This document shows, piece by piece, positions 25,295 to 39,300 of a stretch of DNA of 64,000 nt. The DNA is taken from NCBI RefSeq assembly GCF_963676685.1, contig NC_092351.1, positions 42,098,001-42,162,000 of the forward strand. The letters run 5' to 3'. The notes beneath the pieces are model-generated. The model saw only the letters and a program-made list of their open reading frames with translations, had not been told where the DNA came from and did no database searches. Positions within the stretch are counted from its first letter, which is position 1. Each line of letters opens with the position of its first letter. The position numbers were made by a program, and so were the translations under genes. This DNA is from Mytilus edulis. Taxonomy: Eukaryota.

Positions 25295-26464
25295 ATTTGT
25301 ATATTATTTTGCAAAGTATACATGTTAGTGAAATTGGCCTGTAATTTATGGCATTGTTTTTGTCGCCTTTTTTTTCATTAATGCAGGACAGACATTTGCA
25401 TGTCACGGTTCCAGTCTGTAGGTATTTTATGAGTGTTAATTGATTTTTGAAAGATGAGTGTGATGATAGGACTAAGACTATTAAATCTTGTGAAACGATT
25501 GCCAAAAATTGTAATTTTCCCTTCTTTTGACTTTTTCGATAACCCTTTTATCCACCTCACCTCATATCACCCATATTCTGAAATTAATGGTTTTAATTTT
25601 TATCCAAACAAACTTCGAATCAGGATTTTGGGAATCCTGAAATAATTGTAAATATAAAGTATAAGTGTATTTTATGTCCCTGGTGTTTGTACATAGGCAC
25701 TTGACAATTTATTTTCTTAACATGGAAAAATCAACCAGTCCATCCCTATCGTAGTATATAAGGATAGATATAGAAATTTGTGTGTGTGTCACTTTGTTTA
25801 CATATTTAAATAGAGTTGTCGTTCATAAAAGTCTTCCTTTGATACTTTCTTGCGTATTAAATTATCTTGTAAATTTAAGTTCATATTTAACACTTATTAT
25901 TGTTATGAATAATTTTCATAATGTAAAGTAAATAAGTTTTCTTCGTATATTTTCAGGTTAATATGTATTTGTAAATCTTTGTACAGTATCACGCCATTTA
26001 TTACTATTTATTGATGATATATAATAATGTTTAGTCTACATGTAACGGCGACCACTTATGTGGTGGGTTAAACCCGGTTTTATAGCTTTTATTTAGAAAT
26101 CATGTTTGCTTAAGAAGTAGGCATTATAATTCAATATACACATCCCTTCATACCTTACACTTCCTTTACTTGTACAGACGGTTCAAGGGCTATTACGTTC
26201 TAGCTACGTTCATGTCTAAAATGACATGTTATGATCTTTTTATCATATGCTTCAACAATGGAGAAAAATAATTTTTTTAAATATATTGAACCTTCAAAGT
26301 GGTTCTCAAAAGATCAAAAGTGAGAAAAAAATGCGGATCGGAAGTTAAATGTAATGAGTGTAATGCATCCGATATATAATCTTTCTCAACAGAGAAGAAA
26401 AGCCACAGTTTAATATAAATATTTATATTGACGTTAAAAAAAATCAACAATTTTGTAAAGTAAC

Positions 26465-26584
26465 CAGTGGTGGATCCAGAACTTTTCATAAGGGAGGCCC
26501 GCTCCAGTGATCCCCTAAATAATCAACCAATTTTTTTCCAAGAAAAAGGGGGGGGGTCCAGGGCCCCCCCTGGATCCGCCTATA
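26465..26584. mobile_element. MITE (cagtggcggatcc family), 5-bp TSD gtaac
   Basis: gtaac|cagtggtggatccag ... ctggatccgcctata|gtaac; homologous to 56593-56742 and 58417-58569. Confidence 0.8.
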
Positions 26585-27161
26585 GTAACTTTCGAAATTA
26601 TGCCGGAAAACATAGAAAATCCAATCATTGTGTCAATTGTTTTTGTAACCTTCTTTGTTGTTTTTTACTGAATCCGTACCAGTGAGGTGTATTTTCAAGA
26701 ATTTGCAGAGTAACACCGAAATGTCATGCAATCGTAACAGAAAGGCAAGTAATAATAGCTGAAGCATGGGGTACATTTTTCATATCAGCATGCTAAACAC
26801 TGATTCTGAAAAAATGAAATTAATGTAAATTTAACGATACTATCATACTGTAAAAAGGACTAATTTATGAAAGAAAATAACAGACACAGAGTGATATATG
26901 AAGCCAGATACAAAGCTGTATATTGATTCTGAATAAATAAATTGTGCAGTTATTCATATGCACTACTGTCTTGCAAATTGGTTTTCAATATTTATTAATT
27001 CAACCACCCTACAGTAGTCTAATATATGGAAAAACATGATGAACGGACAAGGTGATTGTTTTGTATATTAATATTATACCTTTTGAGTCAGGTGAGCTGA
27101 AAAAGCAAAATTTGAATTTTGGGTTCAAATAAGTTTAGTAGAAGGTGAAGATCTATAATTT

Positions 27162-27722
27162 GAACAAGCATTCTGTGAGTATTGCATGGAAATACATAGT
27201 CCCCTACCAGTTAAAAATTAATTGTACTGTATGTCAAAATGCTAACTAGATCTATTAAATGTAATGATGTAAACTATATAACAAATATCAAGTGAAAACC
27301 TTGAAACATGACGGAAAATTAAAGTGATTTTTTAAGTCCAAGGACCATAAGTCTGCACAAAACCATCATATCAGAACCAAATTCTTAATTAATCTGTAAC
27401 TTGTCATGATAAAACAATTAACCAATTATCAAATCAATATCTTTAGGTTTTATGAAAAAAATGTGGAAAACTGAATATTTGAGTGAATTTTCTAAGCCAA
27501 AGGACCATAACTCTGCACAAAATTATCAGACCAGAATAAAATTTGAACTTCTCTGTAACTTTTCATGATAGAACAATATACCAAATATCAAATCAATATC
27601 TTCAAGCACTATGAAAAAAGTGTGGGAAAGCTAATTTGCTGAACTGACTGACTGACGGACAGATAGACAGATGGAGTGCAAACATAAAGTCCTCTTCGAA
27701 CCTCTATGGTAGGGGACTAAAA
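27162..27722 (-). mobile_element. Helentron/HINE-like non-autonomous element with degenerate internal tandem repeats
   Basis: Subterminal inverted repeat tagtcccctacc / ggtaggggacta, a (gact/gaca) microsatellite near 27645, and ~150-180-bp internal repeats (ccaaatatcaaatcaatatc, aaggaccataa). The aacaag terminus matches the elements at 28488 and 46138. Confidence 0.6.
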
Positions 27723-28487
27723 TTTCAAATAAAGGTAACTATCCTCTTTTTTGACAAACAATGCTTTTAAATACGGACACATGGCTGGACCCCACCCCCC
27801 TTTTCAAAATGTATGAATCCACCATGTAGTTGTCAGTTTCTGTCTTCTTGATTTATTTGGTAAGAAATCCCCATGCAAGGGCTGCAGCTTTAAATAGTCC
27901 AAGGTTTTGTTGGTTTTTTGTATGTAGCTGATCATTATTGCTGAATGAACATACTGCCTCAGCTATCTATCATAATTGTCAAGATCAGAGGCAACTATGT
28001 TATTCATTGAAAATAACTCTTTATTAGAATTTATTAGCTGGTTTTGGTCATATCAGGATATTAGATTTTGTATATGTGATACTTTTGCTCTGTACATTTT
28101 ATCAAGATAATAATAAGACCAGACTTCCAAAATTAGCCAAAAAGGTTTATTTAGAGTTAATAGCTTATATGAACTTTTGGTCAAGTCGAGATAACAAGAA
28201 TTTCTTAAGTTGTGGCCTGTCATTTATTTTCTTCCGTGTAGAGATAATAAATTTGGTTGAGGCAAATTTAAGTTAGAGAACGGAAAGAGAGAAGAGAGTA
28301 TGTACATACAAATGTACAAGGGTAAAAACTCAATTATTTCTAAGAATAATTTTATACTTAGTTCTACGACTAATTTCCCCCATCTCTCCTGCTGATTTCT
28401 AAGCACTGTAATGTAACCACATATCTAAAGCTCAATTTGAAATCTAGATTTCTGTGGCCAAGCAAGGAATATGTCTCAGTTTTCTCC

Positions 28488-29743
28488 AACAAGAGTGCAC
28501 ACGCTGAAATGTCTCGCCTTCTATATTAATCATTGATATTATGTTGATAGTCCTAAGTATAAAGCTTTATTACAACTGTCTCATTAACTTAACATTAACC
28601 AAAATAACTAAACAAAGACCAATGAACCATGAAAATGAGGTCAAGGTCAGATGAACCATGCCAGGCAGACATGTACAGCTAACAATGCTTCTATACAACA
28701 TATATAGTTGACCTATTACTTATAGTTTAAGAAAAATTGACCAAAACACAAAAAATTAACACTGTGCAATGAACCGTGAAAATGAGGTCATGGTCAAAAG
28801 AAACCTGCCCTACTGACATAAAGATCATAAAATATTTCCATACACCAAATATAGTTGACCTATGGCATATAGTATTAGATAAATAGACCAAAACTCAAAA
28901 ACTTAACTTTGACCACTGAACCATGAAAATGAGGTCAAGGTCACATGACATCTGCCCGCTAGACATGTACACCTTACAATCATTCCATACAACAAATATA
29001 GTAGACCTATTGCATATAGTATGAAAAAAACAGACCAAAACACAAAAATTTAACTATAACCACTGAACCATGAAAATGAGGTCAAGGTCACATGACATCT
29101 GCCCGCTAGACATGTACACCTTACAATCATTCCATACAACAAATACAGTAGACCTATTGCATATAGTATGAAAAAAAACAGACCAAAACACAAAAATTTA
29201 ACTATAACCACTGAACCATGAAAATGAGGTCAAGGTCAGATGACACCTGCCAGTTGGACATGTACACCTTACAGTCCTTCCATACACTGAATATACAAGC
29301 CCTATTGCTTATAGTATCTGAGATACGGACTTGACCACCAAAACTTAACCTTGTTTACTGATCCATGAAATGAGGTCGAGGTCAAGTGAAAACTGTCTGA
29401 CAGACATGAGGACCTTGCAAGGTACGCACATATCAAATATAGTTATCCTATTACTTATAATAAGAGAGAATTCAACATTACAAAAAATCTGAACTTTTTT
29501 TTCAAGTGGTCACTGAACCATGAAAATGAGGTCAAGGACATTGGACATGTGACTGACAGAAACTTCGTAACATGAGGCATCTATATACAAAGTATGAAGC
29601 ATCCAGGTCTTCCACCTTCTAAAATATAAAGCTTTTAAGAAGTTAGCTAACACCGCCGGCGTCGTAGCTGCCGCCGCCGCCACCGCCGGATCACTATCCC
29701 TATGTCGAGCTTTCTGCAACAAAAGTTGCAGGCTCGACAAAAA
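28488..29743 (-). mobile_element. Helentron/HINE-like element carrying ~7 tandem copies of a ~147-bp satellite
   Basis: The unit ccatgaaaatgaggtcaaggtca recurs at ~28627, 28774, 28921, 29068, 29216, 29363 and 29518. One end has a (gcc)n microsatellite and the hairpin tgtcgagc..tgcaacaaaagttgca..gctcgaca; the other end reads aacaagagtgcacacgctgaaatgtctcgcc. Confidence 0.8.
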
Positions 29744-30472
29744 GGCTTGAAATATCTAGAATGGTTTTCTTGAATTCTCATATATTTTGTTACAGATGAT
29801 GGTATAATTTTTCAACAACTTTAATCAAAATTCCTATGAGGAGACACTACTCTGCCACTTCTCCTACCCTTTTCTGTGTATCTTGTGTGACACCACATTG
29901 GAATTTTTTTTTTTTTTAAAACTCTCTAACAAGTCTAGTTGTGTTTTTAGACAATAAATTCTAACACAAAAGTCTGTATGTTTTTTGTTTAATTTCGACC
30001 ACAGATGTTTTGCATGTACAAATATTGTACAAATATACACAGCAGTAATATACATTAAATACATGCTCTATACTACACAGAACTATATATATTTATCTAA
30101 AATAGACATATTTACATTATAATTATTTATATTCTTTTAAAAATGCTCTTGCAAACTTAATGATTTTAATACAAAGATCCCAGGATCACATATTGCTCAC
30201 ATGGTTACTATTGACTAATGCTATTATCAGACCTAAAAAAAAATTGACCCTTTGTCCCTTTACAAATTTAAATGGCCTGAAAAAGGCAGAAAGCACTACT
30301 GAAACCCCCCTATATTGAAATACATTTTTTTTAAGTGGAAAGCTCAACTATTGCAACCCCTTAAATTGAAATACATACTTTTTTATGCATAGAACTATTG
30401 AACACCTCCCCTCCCCTAAAAAAAAAGAAATTAAAAAATATTAACATGCATAATTTTTTTTATATGTTCTTA

Positions 30473-30794
30473 GGGGTCATCCATAATTGTCAACCATTTT
30501 CCAAAGTGTACAAAACATACATTTTTCCGACCCCCCAACCTCCCTCAAAAAGTGTACATTAATGGTTTTCAGATTTGAAGACAAGAATCAATCATTCTTA
30601 ATAAAAAGAAGATCCTGTCTATTATAGCTAAATATAGTTTTGTTTAATATAAAAATTTGCATTGAAAATAAACTGAAACATATCTGACTGTTTTATTTTT
30701 AATATTTTTGAAAAAGTGTATGGTAAAAATGTTGATTTTTTTACCCCTTCCCCCCAAGTGTACGTTTTGTACACTTTGGAAAATGGATGACCCC
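30473..30794. mobile_element. PIF/Harbinger-type MITE
   Basis: tta|ggggtcatccat..ttttccaaagtgtacaaaac ... gttttgtacactttggaaaatggatgacccc|taa, with TWA flanks. Confidence 0.65.
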
Positions 30795-33305
30795 TAACAA
30801 AAAACTGTGTACCAAATTAACAGATGGTCTTTGGAGGCTTTCTCCTATTAATATTTTTGCTACATGAGATGACTAATTTATGTTTTAATTTGATACCCAC
30901 TCAAAGCAAAGCATTCTTTCTAGGAAACCTTATATTTTTAACTGCTGAAATTATTGAGTCAAAATATTTTCCATTACTTTAAAGTTTATTCAGTAGTACA
31001 TTGATAAATCCCCAATAGCTCATACAGTGTTACTGGTCTTAATTAACATGTGAACTTTGAATTATACATTAATATATAACAGATCATTGTGATAGTTCAG
31101 TGACTTTTTATGTCCAAAAACTTCAATAAAAATTTGAATATATTGTTTCAGCATAATAAGATTTTTTTTTATCTTTACTATATATATATAACTAACAAAA
31201 GTAGAAATAAAAATGTTTTAAAAATTCAATATTTGACAGATTACGTATAGGTCAAAACAATTTAACCAATTGCAATTGCGTAAACCAGTGCATGTCATCA
31301 GTAAGAGATTTTCAGATAGTAATATTCCATGATAGATAAATGCAAATAAAGAGAAGTTGGAAACTTGTCAGCCATAAAGCACAATATTAATTGTTTTAAA
31401 ACTTCAAAAATCAGTTTATATCTAAATTACTTAATGCATTGGTCATAATAAAATAATATAGATAAAAAAAAATGTGTCCATAGGACACATATGCCCCTAC
31501 TCCATAATGTAGGAGGGATTAGCATGTTATGATATATATATATATATATATATCATGTTTATGAAGGACATGGGGTTTGGTTCTTTTACTATGTTCTAAC
31601 AAAAAAGCTTGGTTTTGGGGTATTTATAGATCAAATATCTTATCTACTTCCTGGTCCGTAACACGATTTTAAATGTTTCGGCTGAGGCATAGTTAAGTTA
31701 CTTTGTATCATTCAGAAACCCAAAATTTAATTATTGTTCCCTTATTAATTTGCTTAATCTGAAAGTACAAAATAGAAATTGGTCGATTTATAATTAGATT
31801 TGTGTATGATGGAAGTGTTAAACGACCTCGACTGGCTATACAGCCGTCACATGGTTGGTTTGTGTAAAGTGGTCCCTTCACAAATCTTAAATGATTTATA
31901 GGAGGCTAAATCACATTGTTATCCAGAAACCAATTAGAGGAATAATATAAAAGAATGGAACTATATGCTGCATAACCTTTCACCATACAAGTTTCAATAA
32001 TTAGGCAAACTAAAAAAGTTCTATTGTTATAATAAAAATGTCATGCAAATAATTCGTATAATTTTTATTACAAGAGAAGTTTTCCTACATTGTTCAGAGT
32101 TCACAAAAGGTGAATGATAATTATCTGGACATCAGATCCAGTTCAAAAATTTTAATTACAAGTCAGCTAAATATTTCAATTAAAGAATCAATGATAACCA
32201 AAATTTCAAAATCTTATTCTAATCTAAGGAGTTAGTGGAAAAATCTAATTTAACTGGTCCAAAAACTAAAGTGTTAATTGGTTTCACTGTTGGTGAATGT
32301 CATTTGTGAACTCTAAAGTTGCAGAATTACAAGACTACATTATAATTAGAAACAAATTCACTGTCACTATCCTGGTGATAAGATCATTAAAAAAATATTA
32401 TTATAAATTGTATATGAGCAATAAATCATCTTATGAAGAAAAATAAAAAGATCAACCAAAAATGAATACATACCATTGCAGTAATGTAATTTTACACAAA
32501 ACAAATGTGCCCTTTAAGGTTGTTTTTTTAATAACAATGAACTTGCATCTTTATTTCATAATTTTTTTTTATAATAATCTTATTAATAATAAACAAAATA
32601 TATATATATGAAACTTAAAAACAAATTTCAATATATAATGGAAAAGAATCATGCTATTGAGTTATATTTCCGGAAGGTCAAAAAATGTAAATATGAACAT
32701 GTGATCAAGTGTGACAAAATGTACAATCAAGATGTTAACTGATATCCCAACCAGTTAAGAAAAAATATTATCCATTGACTAGAAAATATTACTGGCCCTA
32801 ATTTTTTGTTTCAGTTATACAGCTCATCTATTACTTTATTTTTTGTGGTTGTTTTTTTTTATAGCAATATATCATGTTTTGTATTCTTAATATTTTTAAA
32901 CGAAAACCATAAAAAGATGATGAACCCGCTGAATGTATGAATATTATGCCATAAACATTGGATTTAGTAACAATGAAGTACAAATTTAACTTATATCAGA
33001 AAACATGTGTCATGTGCCACCAAAATAGAGTTAAAAAATTTGTCATTTAGTTGGAAATTTAAAGAATATCAAATTCCTAATAATATGCTTCAAACATTTT
33101 GATGTGATTATAAAAATTTGTTAACCTCATCTTCCTAAAAGGGTCTGCAGGCAATGTATGGCATATAAATGTACTTTGCTATGTAACGGTTTATAAATGA
33201 AACATATAAATATGGCTTGTGTCAATGATTTTGAACAAAATGGTTTTAGCTGCCTTCATAAAACAAATTAATGCCATTCATGGACAAACATTTAAAAATT
33301 CTCTG

Positions 33306-36300
33306 CTATGACAATACAGTAGAAAATTTATCTTTAAAATCTAACGAGTCTCTTGAGCTCTCATTATCACTGAAGACTTGACTTCTAGTCACTCTTTTTA
33401 ACGGAGTATTATCAGAATCGGTATAAATATTTTCTACATCTACAAAACCATGGTTAGAATCGGTAAAACTTTTACGTGAGGATGGCGAATCTGATCTCAT
33501 TTTCAATACACGCCTAAAACTTCTAATACTAGCAGGAGAATTCTCCCTACTACTTCTTGTACTAAATGCTTCCCTACTGTCAGAATCGTAACCATTGTCT
33601 GTTTTACGACGAGAACTTCTTGTAGCTGGTCCTGGAGAATTTCGATCCAATAAACCATTTTCGCCATTTACTATATGTGAAGGTGTACGAGGAGAAGAAC
33701 GGGGATTTTTGCACCAACCATTATCACTGGGAGTGCTAGCTCGGGATGGAGATATTTCGTTTAATACTCTTGATATAGATCTTCTCCCGTTCACAGGAGA
33801 CAAACAAACCGGAGAACTGATGTTACTATTCACACAATTTTCTTTTTTTTTTGATCGATCTATCATTCCATTGAGGAAATTATTTCGTAAAACTCGCTTA
33901 TTTTCTAATAGTCCTTTTTGTACAGTATCTTTAATATAATCTGCAACCACTAATTTTGAACCAAGTATATAATTGTTCAATTCAGCTTTTACTCGGTCAG
34001 TGACATTGCCAGCCTTTGATGATTTAGACAAATTTCTAATTACATTAATTTCTTTTGGTTCATCTTTGATACTTATCGAAGCACTTCTTAATTCACGTGG
34101 AGATTTAGAATTTTCATTGGCAAACATATCAGCATCACATGTTTGTCTTCGTGTCCGTAATTCACGCTTTATTGGTGAAACTGATGGATCAAAATCTTCC
34201 TCTTCATCATAAGCTTTGGTTTCTAAAGAATCTAATGTTTTCCTTCTTATCCGTTCATGTTTAGAAGTGTCTGCTTTAATCAGACTTATACCTGTAAAAG
34301 TTGTACTACGAAGACGGTAATCACCACTTTTTGTCATGTCCACTTCATCAGGGCTCATAATAAAAACATCACAGAAATTTCTCTCCTTCAACTCTTTTTT
34401 ACGCTTATATCGTTCCTTCTTAGTCTGAACTAACCTATCCGGTTCAATAGTCAGAACATTCCTTAAGTTTTCAGTCACTAACTTTCCAGAAAATCCCATT
34501 TCTGAACCGGCATCACCCGCATCCTTACGCGGTGATAAGGATGATAGTTCGGGAATATAGTCTTGTGTGTCATCATCTTGCAGGAGAAAGTCAGTAAAAC
34601 TTCTTTCCCTTTTTTCTAAATGTAAGTCCTCGATTTCTTCTTTAATGTCAGGGGATGTTTCATAAGCACTAGGGTCAAAATTATAGTATATATTCTGTTC
34701 TGGGTATAATTCCACTATTTTTTGTGCCTCTCTATCTGAGAGACGCATGTCAACTAATGCATCATTTAGTCCATGGAATGCTTCTATTCTAGATTTATAG
34801 TACTGTTTCTTCATTTTCTCACGTTTACTGACCATATAACACAAATTACGAACCTGTAAAATGAATGAGAGATTGTTAATATTTGCCAATCATTACATGA
34901 AAGTATTTATTTCTTCATAAAAGCTAAATAAGTGATGTCCATGAAGTTGGGGCCTCTTCCACAATCATGGATTGTAAAAAAAAACACAAAAAAAACAGAG
35001 AAAATGTTTATAGATCTTAAACGCAATATTCAAATTTTGAAACGGGACCGGAATTCATTTGTAAAGAGTTTTCATCTTTTTATTTTTTTACAACAGTTAA
35101 AACACGTACAGAATATTTTTGTATGCTTTAAAATATTCAAACTTGCCCACATAAGCAAAGACAACTCAGATAATTTGATTATATAAAGAAATGTAGAGAA
35201 AATTTACCTATCATGTTATGTTACAAGAAAACAAGAACAATGACTCCCATGGTTTTTTTTTCTGACAGCACATACACATCTGGTATGAGCTTTTTCTCCT
35301 ATGCGTTCAAAATGTTATGCTTATATTTTATTCTAGTCACCAAAATGTTTTACCATGGATAATTCCTACAAAGTGCTCACTTCTCATATCTAATTTAAAA
35401 ATTCTTAGTTTTTTTTTCTTTCCTGGTACACAAGTGCTTTTACATGTATAACTCTTACAATATTTGAAAACCTACTGCTTGAAAAATTTCTCTGTGACCC
35501 ATACCTTTTATTTATATTTTTCAACAAAAACTTTAAAATTATATTTCTGCAAAGGATTGAAAAATTCTACTGGCTTAAACTAAGAAACCCAATCTACTAC
35601 CAAAAATGCTGCAATCAACCTTTCACATGTGTAAGATACACCATAAATGTTTATAGATAAATATTATTCACAAATATTAGCTCTATAATTGTGATTGATC
35701 TATTATTAATTTGCACTCTGTATAACTCATTACCCTTTCTAAATCTTGTCGTAGTTGTACAAACATCTTCATTCTGGACAATAAACTATCTTCTTGTTGT
35801 TTTTCAAAGAAATCTTCCTCCTCAGTTTTAGGTGTTAATAATGGTGCACCAAACATGGACTAAAAAACATTACAAATAAAATTAAATATGTCTCAACCTA
35901 AATATCCAAAGTTAGAATAATTAGACATTTATATTTCATAACCTTCATTCATCAGGTACAAGAGTGTCTAAACGAAATAATCATTGGTTATTAAAAAACA
36001 CTGCTCTTCGTATGCCTTCAGTTTAAGGTACATTGACAAATGAACAGTTTTTAATCAGTGCTTATTTAAGTGCCAAGGTTCTTTCTGTATGTTAAAAAAA
36101 TTTTCTCTGTTGGAATTGTTAATACTAAATTTTAATGGAAACAAACTTCTAATTCACCTATAATTTTATTTTCCTTAAGTTTTTATCTGTATAAATTTTA
36201 CCTACAAAGCACCACATTCAAATTAAATTGTACATGTCTTCCATTGTTGGTCATTTGAAAGTTATGACCTTAAATAACTATATTAGTTGTTTAGCAGTAT

Positions 36301-39300
36301 ATATCTTCTATAGAATTCATAATAATCAGAATAAAATTTGTAAAATAATTTTATATGTTTTGCTCATTGTTGAAGGTTCGAGTGTGACCTATATTAGTTA
36401 AATCCTGTGTCATTTCATTTGTTTCATACAACTTAGTTTACCACTGTTGTGTCTTACCTTTCTTTTCAGTTTCCAATATTCATATATACTTTCTATAATG
36501 TCTATATCTAATTCTAATGTTCTGGATAGCTCATCTAAATTTATTATACTGTAAAATTCCTCTTGTAGTTTCTTTGTTCTATAAAAAGAAAAAAAACAAA
36601 ATAAAGCCTTTAAAAAGACGAGATGTGCTACTTAACAATCATTTCAATTCAGATAGACTTTAAATTTTACATTCTAGGGGAGATAACTCCAATCATATTA
36701 CTTCAAAACTTTAAAAACATCTTCACTTCAACTCTTCTTTCATGATAGTGTGCTACTTTATGGATACTGATTCCAACAGTTATGATATTATCAAAATAAA
36801 CAGACAAGTTTAATAAACAGCTACATTCACCAAAAAAATATTTTAAGTATACTTCACAGTTTTCTTCTGGGAAGTAGTACGTCAGAATTTCTTACAAAGA
36901 GAGTGGAAATGATATTATCCTGATCTTTTAAACGGAGGTGTTTAAAGTTTTTTATTTTCATCCAAACTTACTTTTCTGCCCTCATTCTAGCTATTTCTTC
37001 ATCTGTTAGCCCCTTCCTTGGAGATCCAGGTGGACTTTTCCTGGGAGAATCAGTGTCGGACTCTGATCCTTTCCTATCACGATTTTTACTATGTCTGGGA
37101 CAGTAACCCTGTAACAATGAACATTTATAATGCTATTTTCCATCAAAGGTTTTTATATACTTGCATATATATGGTTAGTACATGATAAGGTGTACATCAA
37201 AAGACAATAATTCATTTCTAAGGGTAAATCAAAATACAAGTTTATAAAATCTGGTTTTTTTTTTATATGAAGTTGAAATCCAAAATATGGTTTCAAAATT
37301 GTACCTTTGGAGCTATTGTAAATATATCATTTATTATTATATATTTATTTTCCCAGTGAGAAAGTACTTTAACTAGGTACTTAAAGTTATCCCACATTCT
37401 ATCAGCAATATGGGACTAAATGAAGGTATTAACAAAATTGATATCTAGAGATCACCACCAGACCTTCAACAATAAGACAAACAGCTTACTGTGCAACAAG
37501 CCTTAAGTCAACTGAAGGCTAGTCATCAACATTCATATTTACCTTTAATTTTAACCCTCCATCCAGATCAACATCATCTGTCAGTATAGTTTTCATTTCT
37601 AAGGTATTATGATGAGCACATGACACATGAAAGGCAGTTTTACAAGCTTTTACACAACATTGAATACAGGCTCCTTTCCTCTCTTTACACAAGCAACAAA
37701 TTAAAGCCCATCGACTAGCCTGTAAATACATAATTAATATATTTTAAAATGTGTTAATATTCTGAAAACAGAACTTGGAACTTTCAGTCCAACAAATTAT
37801 GTTTAAGAGCAACAAAGTAAATTTGAAAATGGCATCTGGTTGTAATGCTTATAGAAATTCCCTGAGGATAAATTAAGTGAAAATCTGGATAGTCTAATAA
37901 AGTTGTATATTTATCCTCTAAACAATGTATCAAACATGTCAAATGAATATACACTTTCGATTTTACAAACAAAAGCTAAGAGATCATTACTTTATTGGAT
38001 ATATTTTTATCAAGTTTTTTATAATTGAACAAATGCATATTTTCTTGCTAGCTTATAAATTTTATTGGATTTTTTCAGGATTTAATAAATACATTTCTTT
38101 TTTCTTTTTAAAGAACCTTTTTTGCCCTACTTACACTTTTTTCAATGCCAAAAGTGAAATTGATTTACAAATTGTAGAATTTTGTTAACTTACAGGTATT
38201 TGAGATATCTTAGTAACTGGTTCCATTTTCTCAGCATCACCTATGCTGACTTCAGGTATCCACAGTGCACAACTTACATGGGCCCATTTAGTACCACTCC
38301 TGTAAATAGATATTAATATCATCATGAAAACAACTTTTTATTGTCATTCTTTGCCAGTTTTAAAGTCTGTTGAATTTATAACTTTATTTTCTTAAGAGCA
38401 CCCAAGTAGGTTTCCCATTACAGCACTTCTATAAAATCATGCAAAACAAATCATTGATTAACTTGCTTGCTATATTTGTTTGGATGTTTGTTTACTATTT
38501 ATTGGAATTTGATTGGACAATAAACATTAAATTCATTTCATGTCAATTCTTATTGTCCAATCAAGACCCATTATATATAAAGTGGAAAACATTTTGTGTT
38601 TACTGATTAATTGGAAAAGAACTTCATGATGACAGTAAAATCCTACCTTGTACTTTTCATTGCCCCACTAGACCTAGGACACAATATACATGTAGGTTTG
38701 ATTCCCAGGGCACATGGTCTACACAACCAACTGCCTTCAGGGATCTTCTGTATACCATAGCATGCCTGTAAATATACATAAATTCATAAATAGAGTAGAT
38801 GTTAAATGGTCACCATTTTTATACGTAAGTTAAACCATTCAATAGAAATTATCAATTTTTTCACAAAAAGTTGAGACAGAAGAACAAAAAAAAATAAAAC
38901 GAATAACAAATTTTATAAACAATTATAAAATTTAGGAATAAAGATAATTTTTCCAAAACAATTTCAAAACACATATCATAAATCAGCAAAAGTTTAAGGA
39001 ATATAATGAGCATAACTGATACATAATTGACGGTAGGCAGGTTAAAGGAATATGGACAGATAACAGATTTGAGAATATCTTCATTAATGCATGAAAAATG
39101 AATGACAAAGATTAACTACTTGTAAATTGATGCTGAAGTAAATGATTTTTTTTGGCTTACCTGGTGGACACAAATATCACAGCCATCACAAAACACCATC
39201 TCGTTACATTCTTCACTTTCAGGCTGCAACATAAATCATAAACATTTTAGCAAATAAATTTTAACTAAATTCATTTAGGCATATCATGTATTAAAGATAA

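Larger units (their letters stand above)
23400..25500 (-). mobile_element. Decayed non-LTR retrotransposon (LINE) reverse transcriptase, interrupted by an insertion at ~24591-25306
   Basis: RT motifs in order on the minus strand: [107 protein letters not shown]. Many stops and frameshifts are present. Confidence 0.92.

Noticed and set aside
28600-29560. Regularly spaced conserved motifs resembling a CRISPR array
   Set aside because: The intervening sequences are homologous to each other (a ~147-bp satellite) rather than unique spacers. The context is eukaryotic and there are no cas genes.
29510-29740. Poly-Ala ORF (76 aa)
   Set aside because: It is a translation of the (gcc)n microsatellite end of a HINE-like element.
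33306-34889. 527-aa ORF as a stand-alone gene
   Set aside because: It is the terminal JADE exon. The acceptor is at 34854-34856, so the first 12 codons are intronic.
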